From NCBI GenBank assembly GCA_031364845.1, contig JANLWX010000046.1, forward strand, positions 1 through 20,135: a DNA stretch of 20,135 nucleotides, written 5' to 3'. How positions within the stretch are numbered: the stretch's first letter is position 1; the number at the start of each line of letters is the position of its first letter. The position numbers and the translations under genes are program-made. The stretch comes from Candidatus Eiseniibacteriota bacterium (GTDB lineage Bacteria; Eisenbacteria; RBG-16-71-46). Positions 1 through 6,906 of the stretch are shown piece by piece. Under the pieces are notes generated by a model. That model ran no database searches. It was not told the origin of the DNA and was given only the letters and a program-made list of their open reading frames with translations.

Positions 1-156
1 ATCGACGATCGCCTCGCGGTCAGGGTCCGCACTCGCCCCCGCAAGACTGGCATCGGCCAGTACACTCACATCCGCCGACCCAAGCCCAAACATCCCTGGA
101 AACAATCAGCCACCCTCACCGCTCCAGCGAAAACGACTGGCACAGGGGGGACATAA
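1..156 (+). CDS. C-terminal fragment of an ISNCY/IS1202-like transposase (5' part outside window)
   Basis: Frame +1 is open from base 1: IDDRLAVRVRTRPRKTGIGQYTHIRRPKPKHPWKQSATLTAPAKTTGTGGT*. The P-x-x-x-HPW(K/R) motif is typical of ISNCY/IS1202 transposase tails. The stop TAA (154-156) lies inside the inner sub-repeat of the terminal repeat. Not in the ORF track because no start is in the window. Confidence 0.75.
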   Translation: MDDRLAVRVRTRPRKTGIGQYTHIRRPKPKHPWKQSATLTAPAKTTGTGGT

Positions 157-192
157 TCACTTTGCAATTAGGCGGACATAATCACCTTGCAA
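149..192 (+). repeat. Two 19-bp direct repeats (putative transposase-binding sites), 25-bp period, 1 mismatch
   Basis: Read directly: ggacataatcactttgcaa-ttaggc-ggacataatcaccttgcaa. Confidence 0.9.
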
Positions 193-351
193 CGACAGGT
201 GGGGGAAAGACGATGTGGGGGAAAGGGGTGCCGATGCCTGATGCGGATGGTGCAGTTCTCGCAGGGATCGACAGGCCGCGGCTCAAGGGCCGTCAGCCAC
301 GGAACATCCCGGGCTGCCGGCCCCTTCGAGCACGCGACTGGACGCCAGGTG

Positions 352-3300
352 CTACCTGAGGATGACAAGCCTCCGGGTGCCCTGGACGCCGGAAGCGCCG
401 AACACGACCTTTACGAAGTACATCCCGCGCTGAAGCGGCCTGCCGTCAGCTCCTTCACCGTTCCACGGGATGACGTGCTGTCCCGCCGGCAGCGAACCCG
501 GCTCGATCGAATGCACCAGACGCCCTGACACATCGAACACATGGATGTTCACCCGTTCCTCGCGTGCCAGCGCGAATCGAATCCCGGTGCTTCCGTTTCG
601 CAGCGGGTTATTGGCGAGGCCGAGCATCACCGTCGATCCCGGAATCTCGTTGTCCGTCACACCGACGACCGTCTGCTTGCACTTGCCCTGACCATCGATC
701 GCGAACAGCGCTGCGATCTCGGAGGCGTCCAGAGCGCGATTGAACAGTTCAACCTCGTCGATGTCGCCATTGAAGCCGATCGAACCACCGTTATACGACT
801 GCCCCAGGCGCAGGGGTGCGTTGTTCGTGACACTGCCCGGGCGCAGCGTGGGATTGAACGTCGCGATGGCCACCCCGTCCACATACATCTTGCCGCCGGT
901 CGTTCCGCCCGCGCGATCGACGGTCACCGCCACATGGTGCCAGCCGTTGTTGACGATCACCGGCGAAGGCGTCCCGTAGTTCGTGAAGCCCGAGGCGTCC
1001 GCCAGTTGGAAGCCGATGTGCCCGAAGCTGATGTAAATCGAGTACCCGATGCCGCCGGCCCGTTTGTCGAGAATCGTGCGCACCGACGTCGCCGCATCGG
1101 CCGTCTGCACCCACGCATCGATCGTGAAACTGCCGGTGCCGAAGTTGAGCGCGGGGCTGTTGATCGCCTCGACGTACTGCGTGCTGGCGCCAATGTGCGC
1201 GCCGCCGGCCACGCGTCCGGGCACATGACCGGCTCCACCAACATAGGTCGCGTGCGACCGTGCGAGCAGATCCGCCGCGATCGTCCCCGAGGTCTCATCC
1301 AAAGGCCACCACGCCGTCATACCGGCGGGCGGCGGAAGGCAAGCTGTTACCGGCGTCTTACACTTTCCATTCGAGCCGGCGGAGTGGAGCTGTGAGATTT
1401 CCGTCGCCGTCAGAGCGCGACCGAACAGCTCCACCTCGTCGATCTCGCCATTGAACGCGATCGAGCCACCGTCGAACGACTGCCCGAGACGCAGTGCCGC
1501 GGTATTCGTGATGCTGCCCGGGCGCAGCGTGGGATCGAACGTCGCGATCGAGGTGCCGTCCACGTACATCCGGCCGCCGGTCGTTCCGCCCGCGCGATCC
1601 ACGGTCACGGCCACATGGTGCCATCCGTTGTTGACGACCACCGGAGAGCTCGTGCCGTAGTTCGTAAACCCCGAAGCGTCCGCCAGTTGGAACCCGATGT
1701 GACCGAAGCTGATGTACATCGAGTACCCGATGCCACCGGCGCGTTTGTCGAGGATCGTCCGCACCGAAGTCGCCGCGTCGCTTGTCTGTACCCACGCGTC
1801 GATCGTGAAGCTGCCGGTGCCGAAGTTCAGACTCGGCGCGTCCGCGGCCGTGACGTACTGCGAGCCCGTGGCCAGGTGCACAGCGCCCGCCACGTTGCCG
1901 GCCACATGAGTCGCGCCTCCGATGAAAGCTCCGTGTGCGTTTCCGATCCGGTCCACGGCAGTGGGGTGTGAGGTCTCGTCGAGCGCGTACCAGGCGACCA
2001 TGCCGGGCGGCGGCGTGAGGCAACCGGTCGCGAAGCTCGCCGAGATCGTGTGGTTCGCCGTCACGTTCGTAAAGGTGTATCCCGTCACGGCTCCCACCGA
2101 AGACCCGTCCACCAGCACGTCCAGCACGTAGTAGCCCGGTGCCGGTGTGATCGTGTACGGCTGGCTCCCCGCGCAATTCACCGCGGTGACGCCGCTCGGG
2201 CTGATGGACCCATCCGCTCCCGCTGAGGCAGAGATGGAATAGGTGTCGATCGCGAAGCTTGCTGCGATCGTATGCGCCGCCGTCACGCCACTGAACGTAT
2301 ACGCCGTCACGGGCCCCACGGATATGCCGTCCACCAGCACATCCGCCACGTGGTAGCACGGTGCCGGGGTGATCGTGAATGCCTGGTCGGCGCCGCAATT
2401 CACGGCTACCGCGCCGGTCGGGCTGATCGCTCCGTTCGGCCCGGCGCTCGCCGTGATCGTATAGGTATCGAGCGCGAAGCTCGCGGCTATGGTGTGGTTC
2501 GCCGTCACGGTATTGAATGTATGGGTGGTCACGGCCCCGACCGACAACCCGTCGACCAGCACGTCCACGACGTGCGCGCACGGCGCCGGAGTGATCGTGA
2601 ATGTTTTGCTCGCGTTGTTCTGCACGGACACCGACCCGCTGGGGCTGATGGATCCATTGGCACCCGCGCTCGCGGCGATGGTCCAGGTCGGTTTGCACTT
2701 GCCGTTCGCGCCCGCGGAGAAGAGCTGCGAAACCTCGGTGGCCGTCAGGGCGCGCGCGAACATTTCGACTTCGTCGATGTCACCGTTGAACGAAATGCCC
2801 GGCTGCCCGAGGAGTAGAGGAGCGGTGTTGGTGACACTGCCCGGCCGCAGCGTGGGATTGAACGTGTTGATGACGACACCGTCCACATACATCCGGCCGC
2901 CCGTCGTCCCGCCCGCACGATCGACGGTCACCGCCACGTGGTGCCATCCGTTGTTGACGATCACGGGCGAAGGCGTGCCGTAGTTCGTGAAACCCGAAGC
3001 ATCAGCCAACTGGAAACCGAGGTGCCCGAACGAAATGTAGATCGAGTACCCGATACCGCCGGCCCGTTTGTCCGCGATCGTCCGAACCGATGTCGCCGCG
3101 TCGTTCGTCTGCATCCACATGTCGATCGTGAAACTGCCGCTGCCGAAGTTTAAACTCGGGGCGTTCGCCGCGGATACCGAACCATTCGTGAGATGGACAC
3201 CGTTCGCCACCTTCCCGGCGGCAAATGCCGCACCACCCACCAGCGACCCCGGCGCGACCGCGATGACGTTCACCGCGGCCGAACCCGACGCTTCGTCCAG

Positions 3301-4662
3301 TGGATACCATGCCACCATGCCCGGCGGCGGCGTGAGACAGCCGGCGGCGAAGCTCGCCGAAATCGTGTGGTTCGCGGCGATGCTCGTGAAGGCATGGCTC
3401 GTGACGGCGCCAATGGACACGCCGTCCACCACGACGTCGAGCACGTAGTAAGCTGGATCGGGCGTGATGGTGTACGTCTGGCTCTGTCCGAAATTCAGCG
3501 TCGTGACGCCGGACGGGCTCACGGTTCCGTTCGGGCCGGTCGAGGCGATGATCGTGTAGGCATTCAGCAGGACCGACACGGTATTGGAGTTCGAGTTTGG
3601 CGCCGCGATGTCGGGCCGACCGTCGGCGTTGAAGTCTCCGACCGCGGCAAAGCGCGTTTCACTCCCGGTCGGGAATGCTGCGGGCGCGGCAAACGCGCCG
3701 GCGCCATTGCCGAGCAAGATCGCAATCGACCCACTGGAGTTGTTGTTGGCCGCGGCCAAGTCAACTTTGCCGTCCGCGTCGAAATCACCGGGTGCAGCCA
3801 TCATCACCGAACCACCGGTCGGGTACTGCACCTGCGCGCCGAAGCTGCCCAACCCGTTGCCGAGCAGGACCGAAACCGTCCCTGAGTTCCGGTTGCCGAC
3901 GATCAGGTCGAGCTTGCCGTCTGAACTGACATCGCTTAGTCGGACACCATTGGGAGCAAGGCCGGCCGCGAAGTTGGTCGTCGCACCGTAATTACCGCCG
4001 CCCGTCCCGAGGAGAATCGAGGCATTGTTCGAACCCTCGTTCGCGACGGATATATCGATGTTTGCATCCGCGTTCAAGTGACCCAGCGTAACGCTCATGG
4101 GATGTGTGCCGACCGGGAACGTCGGCCCGACGGCAAAACTGCCCGCTCCGTTGCCGAGCAACAGGGTCACCGTGTTGTTGCTGTACCGGGTGACTACGAG
4201 ATCGAGCGTCCCGTTGTTGTTCACGTCGGCGACCGCGATCGCCGAGGGGTTGTTGGAAAGCGCAAAGTCGGTCTTGGGGCCAAACCCTCCCGCCCCGTTT
4301 CCCAGCAGTACGGACACTGTGCCTGTGCCCCCAAAGTTCGGGCACGCCGCGTCGAGTCTGGAGTCACCATTGAAATCGCCGAGCGCCACGTCGTAGGGGC
4401 TGCCGCCCGTAGCAAAGTCGGTTTTGGCACCAAAGGCGCCGGAGCCGGTTCCCAACAATACCGAGATCGACGAACCGCCAAGGTTGGCTGTAACCAGGTC
4501 GGATCGGCCATCACCGTTGAGATCTCCGACGGCGACACGAACCGGCAGGCTGCCGGTGGTGTAGGGCGCGTGAGTGAACGTGTAGGCGTGGGCCGCCACC
4601 ACCCCGGCCGGCAGCGCGGCGGCAATCAACAGGAGTGCGTTCAGCAAGGAGCGGCCTGACAT
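352..4662 (-). CDS. Large secreted/surface protein: signal peptide, 7 FG-GAP/VCBS repeats, 4 InlB B-repeat-like Ig units, 3 LamG-like jellyroll domains, C-terminal FlgD-Ig-like (T9SS-CTD-like) domain
   Basis: ORF 352..4743. Preferred start is ATG 4662 (MSGRSLLNALLLIAAALPAGVVAAHA, a signal peptide), with GGAGG 8 nt upstream (4671-4675). It has seven DxNxDGxxD-like motifs, four 'TIxASxGxxGxxSPxG...HTIxASFA' units and three 'WHHVAVT...YVDG...FNGxIDEVExFxRAL' domains. The C-terminus reads 'IHVFDVSGRLVH...WNGEGADG...GMYFVKV'. Confidence 0.9.
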   Translation of the reverse strand: MSGRSLLNALLLIAAALPAGVVAAHAYTFTHAPYTTGSLPVRVAVGDLNGDGRSDLVTANLGGSSISVLLGTGSGAFGAKTDFATGGSPYDVALGDFNGDSRLDAACPNFGGTGTVSVLLGNGAGGFGPKTDFALSNNPSAIAVADVNNNGTLDLVVTRYSNNTVTLLLGNGAGSFAVGPTFPVGTHPMSVTLGHLNADANIDISVANEGSNNASILLGTGGGNYGATTNFAAGLAPNGVRLSDVSSDGKLDLIVGNRNSGTVSVLLGNGLGSFGAQVQYPTGGSVMMAAPGDFDADGKVDLAAANNNSSGSIAILLGNGAGAFAAPAAFPTGSETRFAAVGDFNADGRPDIAAPNSNSNTVSVLLNAYTIIASTGPNGTVSPSGVTTLNFGQSQTYTITPDPAYYVLDVVVDGVSIGAVTSHAFTSIAANHTISASFAAGCLTPPPGMVAWYPLDEASGSAAVNVIAVAPGSLVGGAAFAAGKVANGVHLTNGSVSAANAPSLNFGSGSFTIDMWMQTNDAATSVRTIADKRAGGIGYSIYISFGHLGFQLADASGFTNYGTPSPVIVNNGWHHVAVTVDRAGGTTGGRMYVDGVVINTFNPTLRPGSVTNTAPLLLGQPGISFNGDIDEVEMFARALTATEVSQLFSAGANGKCKPTWTIAASAGANGSISPSGSVSVQNNASKTFTITPAPCAHVVDVLVDGLSVGAVTTHTFNTVTANHTIAASFALDTYTITASAGPNGAISPTGAVAVNCGADQAFTITPAPCYHVADVLVDGISVGPVTAYTFSGVTAAHTIAASFAIDTYSISASAGADGSISPSGVTAVNCAGSQPYTITPAPGYYVLDVLVDGSSVGAVTGYTFTNVTANHTISASFATGCLTPPPGMVAWYALDETSHPTAVDRIGNAHGAFIGGATHVAGNVAGAVHLATGSQYVTAADAPSLNFGTGSFTIDAWVQTSDAATSVRTILDKRAGGIGYSMYISFGHIGFQLADASGFTNYGTSSPVVVNNGWHHVAVTVDRAGGTTGGRMYVDGTSIATFDPTLRPGSITNTAALRLGQSFDGGSIAFNGEIDEVELFGRALTATEISQLHSAGSNGKCKTPVTACLPPPAGMTAWWPLDETSGTIAADLLARSHATYVGGAGHVPGRVAGGAHIGASTQYVEAINSPALNFGTGSFTIDAWVQTADAATSVRTILDKRAGGIGYSIYISFGHIGFQLADASGFTNYGTPSPVIVNNGWHHVAVTVDRAGGTTGGKMYVDGVAIATFNPTLRPGSVTNNAPLRLGQSYNGGSIGFNGDIDEVELFNRALDASEIAALFAIDGQGKCKQTVVGVTDNEIPGSTVMLGLANNPLRNGSTGIRFALAREERVNIHVFDVSGRLVHSIEPGSLPAGQHVIPWNGEGADGRPLQRGMYFVKVVFGASGVQGTRRLVILR
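679..3339 (-). repeat. Three highly similar LamG-domain coding repeats (~679-1341, ~1360-2022, ~2695-3339)
   Basis: Long shared peptide and DNA stretches, e.g. DAATSVRTIxDKRAGGIGYSxYISFGHxGFQLADASGFTNYGT and NNGWHHVAVTVDRAGGTTGG, occur in all three. Confidence 0.9.
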
Positions 4663-4906
4663 GACTTCGACCTCCAAGGGAGATTCACGGTCCTGGTGGG
4701 ACCCGACGGGCGACGACACCACATCGTGATCCGTCGAGCGCATAATGCGCGTATCAATCTGCCGGGTTCAGGTTGAAGCGTGCAGGCCTCATTTCGGAGC
4801 CCTGTGTCATCGACCACACAGGGTGGCAAGCGTGAAATTGCTGGCAGTGATCGGGCACGTGACCTATGATGCGGACGAGCCTGCATCCCTCAGGCACGGA
4901 GTTCAT

Positions 4907-5965
4907 TTGGCCGCCCAAGCACGACTGCTGCTGCTGGATCGCGACGAATCGCGCCAGAGCGTGTTAGCGCACACGCTCGGTTCCATTTGCGAAGTCATCA
5001 TCGTCCAAGATCTGCGCGAGGCCACATCCGCCAGCATGGGCGGAAACTTCGACATTGGGGCCGCTGCGTACAGTCTGGATGGGAGCGGTAGCGGAATCGA
5101 GTTCCTGCAGAACCTCCAGTTGATCGATCCCACGGCGTTCCGCGTTCTCTATTCTTCGTTCTACTGTCGCGGAATGGTCCGCGAAGCAACGCGCATCGCC
5201 GGAGCGCATGGGGTGCTCGACGCAAACGAAGTGGGGTTTGTCACCAATCTCAATAGCATGGTGTCCTCCCTGCTCGCCTCACGCGCCGGAACCTCAAATG
5301 AGGCTCATGATCCCGAGCCCCCACCGTGGTGCGCCGTATCATCCATTTCGCGCCGGTTTCTTGCGGAACTGCGCCACGCAGCGTGCAGCCGGCGTGCGGT
5401 GTTCCTGTGGGGAGAGCCTGGGACGGGTAAGGACCTCGCTTGCCGGACACTGCGAGGGTGGCGAAACGAGTGGACGCAAAGAGTCCCGTGCAGGCCGCGA
5501 CATATGACCCTTCCCCCCGCGGTCATCAAGGTGCCCGCATTGCGAGATCGCCTTCTCGATGTACCTCATCTTTCGCGATTCCTGCTGTCCCGAATCCAAA
5601 CCGCGAACCAGTTGCACTCGCGTCCGATTGCGACGGATGCACTCGCGGTGCTGTCGAGCCGATCGTGGGCGGGAAACGTCTCCGAATTGCAGATCGTGCT
5701 GCAACGGGCCGACACGGTTGCCACCTCGTGCGGATCTCCGACGATCACGGGCAACCATGTGCCGACAGACCTGACTCCCCGACGCCGAACGTGCGACGCG
5801 GCGAAGGACGAAGGTCAGCGCCAGGCCATCCTCTGCGAACTCCAGGCCACCGGCAGCGTCCGCGCCGCCGCGAAACTGGAGGGCATCGATCGCGGCAATT
5901 ATACGCGCATGATGCGAAGACTCGGCGTGGTGCGCGCCGACGCCGTCAATCAGAACGAGGACTAG
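4907..5965 (+). CDS. Degenerate NtrC/sigma54-activator-like regulator: pseudo-receiver, truncated AAA+, Fis-type HTH
   Basis: ORF 4745..5965. Preferred start is TTG 4907, with GGAG at 4898-4901 immediately before receiver strand 1 'RLLLLDRD'; GTG 4832 and ATG 4745 are alternatives. It contains Walker A GEPGTGK, 'IKVPALRDRLLDV', 'WAGNVSEL' (canonical WPGNVREL) and HTH 'GSVRAAAKLEGIDRGNYTRMMRRLG'. Confidence 0.75.
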   Translation: MAAQARLLLLDRDESRQSVLAHTLGSICEVIIVQDLREATSASMGGNFDIGAAAYSLDGSGSGIEFLQNLQLIDPTAFRVLYSSFYCRGMVREATRIAGAHGVLDANEVGFVTNLNSMVSSLLASRAGTSNEAHDPEPPPWCAVSSISRRFLAELRHAACSRRAVFLWGEPGTGKDLACRTLRGWRNEWTQRVPCRPRHMTLPPAVIKVPALRDRLLDVPHLSRFLLSRIQTANQLHSRPIATDALAVLSSRSWAGNVSELQIVLQRADTVATSCGSPTITGNHVPTDLTPRRRTCDAAKDEGQRQAILCELQATGSVRAAAKLEGIDRGNYTRMMRRLGVVRADAVNQNED

Positions 5966-6054
5966 CGCGCTTCACGCTAGGGCGCCTTTTCGACCCCGCC
6001 CGTTGAATTCAGGCGGGCTCGTCCGGGCTCGGGTTTAAGTCGAGCGCCCGAGCC
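5962..6054. terminator. Cluster of three GC-rich hairpins between convergent genes; possible bidirectional terminator
   Basis: Inverted repeats ctagcg/cgctag (5962-5980), cccgcc/ggcggg (5995-6017) and ggctcggg/cccgagcc (6026-6054). No strong poly-U tail. Confidence 0.35.
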
Positions 6055-6107
6055 GGGAGGGTGACACGATTCGCTCCGGCATCACCCCGACGCATCGAGT
6101 GGCCCAC

Positions 6108-6830
6108 TCAGCCGATCGCCGCCCGGAGATCCTCCAGCGCTTCCGACGGACTCCTTTGGCGGAACACCGCATTGCCGGCGACGAACACCTCCGCTCCCGC
6201 GTCACGCGTGAGGCGCGCGGTGTCGGGCGCGATTCCGCCATCGACCTCGATCAGCCACCGCGATGCGTGGCTTCGCTTCCATGCGGCGGCCTCGTGGATC
6301 TTCGGGATCATGTCGTCGCGGAACGGCTGGCCGCCGAACCCGGGCTCGACCGTCATCACGAGCAGCAGGTCGATCGCATCGAGGAATGGTGCCGCGGCCG
6401 AGAACGGGGTTGCCGGCTTGAGCGCGAGGCCTGCACGCGCGCCGGTCGCTCGCACACGCCCGAGCGCTTCGTGCACGAGCCCCGCCGAAACCCGCGTCGC
6501 ATCGAATCCCGCGAGCGGCACGCCGGACTCGCGCAGTGCTTCGAGATGCACGGTGATCTGATCCGCCCCGGCTTTGCGGAAGGCCTCGGCCAACGCGACG
6601 GGGTGCTCGGTCATCAGGTGGACATCGAGGAATGCGCTTGTGAGCTTCCGGACTGCCTCGACGACGATCGGGCCGAACGTGAGGTTCGGCACGAAGTGCT
6701 GATCCATCACGTCGCAGTGCAGCCAGTCGCGCGCGGAATCGACGATCGCCAGCTCCGCTTCGAGGCGCGAGAAATCCGCGGACAGAATCGAGGGCGCGGC
6801 GATGGGCGGCGTGAGCGGATGCGAGGTCAT
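6108..6830 (-). CDS. rpe: Ribulose-phosphate 3-epimerase
   Basis: Motifs APSILSADF, HCDVMDQHFVPNLTFG, DVHLM, HLEA, MTVEPGFGGQ, EVDGGI and VAGNAVF. Start placed at ATG 6830 (MTSHPL); the longer ORF start overlaps the upstream gene. Confidence 0.96.
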   Translation of the reverse strand: MTSHPLTPPIAAPSILSADFSRLEAELAIVDSARDWLHCDVMDQHFVPNLTFGPIVVEAVRKLTSAFLDVHLMTEHPVALAEAFRKAGADQITVHLEALRESGVPLAGFDATRVSAGLVHEALGRVRATGARAGLALKPATPFSAAAPFLDAIDLLLVMTVEPGFGGQPFRDDMIPKIHEAAAWKRSHASRWLIEVDGGIAPDTARLTRDAGAEVFVAGNAVFRQRSPSEALEDLRAAIG

Positions 6831-6839
6831 CGGGCGGAC

Positions 6840-6870
6840 AGCATATCGCGAATGACTCGAGAGCGGGCAA
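6840..6870 (-). promoter_or_regulatory. Possible internal sigma70-type promoter for rpe
   Basis: Minus strand reads TTGCCC-19 nt-TATGCT, 9 nt before the ATG. No SD is visible. The spacer is long. Confidence 0.3.
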
Positions 6871-6906
6871 CCGGCGCTGCAGCACGCGCGCTCAGGACAC
6901 CGCGCC

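Larger units (their letters stand above)
1..197 (+). mobile_element. Right end of an ISNCY/IS1202-family-like insertion sequence
   Basis: Two 19-bp direct repeats, GGACATAATCACTTTGCAA (149-167) and GGACATAATCACCTTGCAA (174-192), are followed by CGACA ending at 197. The end therefore reads 5'-TGT... on the minus strand. It lies directly downstream of the HPW-containing transposase tail. Confidence 0.75.

Noticed and set aside
149..225. CRISPR array
   Set aside because: Each repeat has only two copies, the spacers are 5-6 nt and there are no cas genes. An IS end explains the pattern better.
679..3339. Diversity-generating retroelement TR/VR pair in the LamG repeats
   Set aside because: All copies are in frame within one gene, the differences do not look adenine-specific and there is no reverse transcriptase in the window.
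4735..4762. dif-like site (CGAGCGCATAA resembles the XerC arm GGTGCGCATAA)
   Set aside because: The other arm (TATCAATCTGC) does not resemble the XerD arm TTATGTTAAAT, and the site is not adjacent to the IS end.
4822..4860. Sigma54 -24/-12 promoter candidates (TGGCAAG...TTGC; TGGCAG...GGGC)
   Set aside because: The first has the wrong GG-GC spacing and the second lacks TTGC. The adjacent regulator also lacks GAFTGA.
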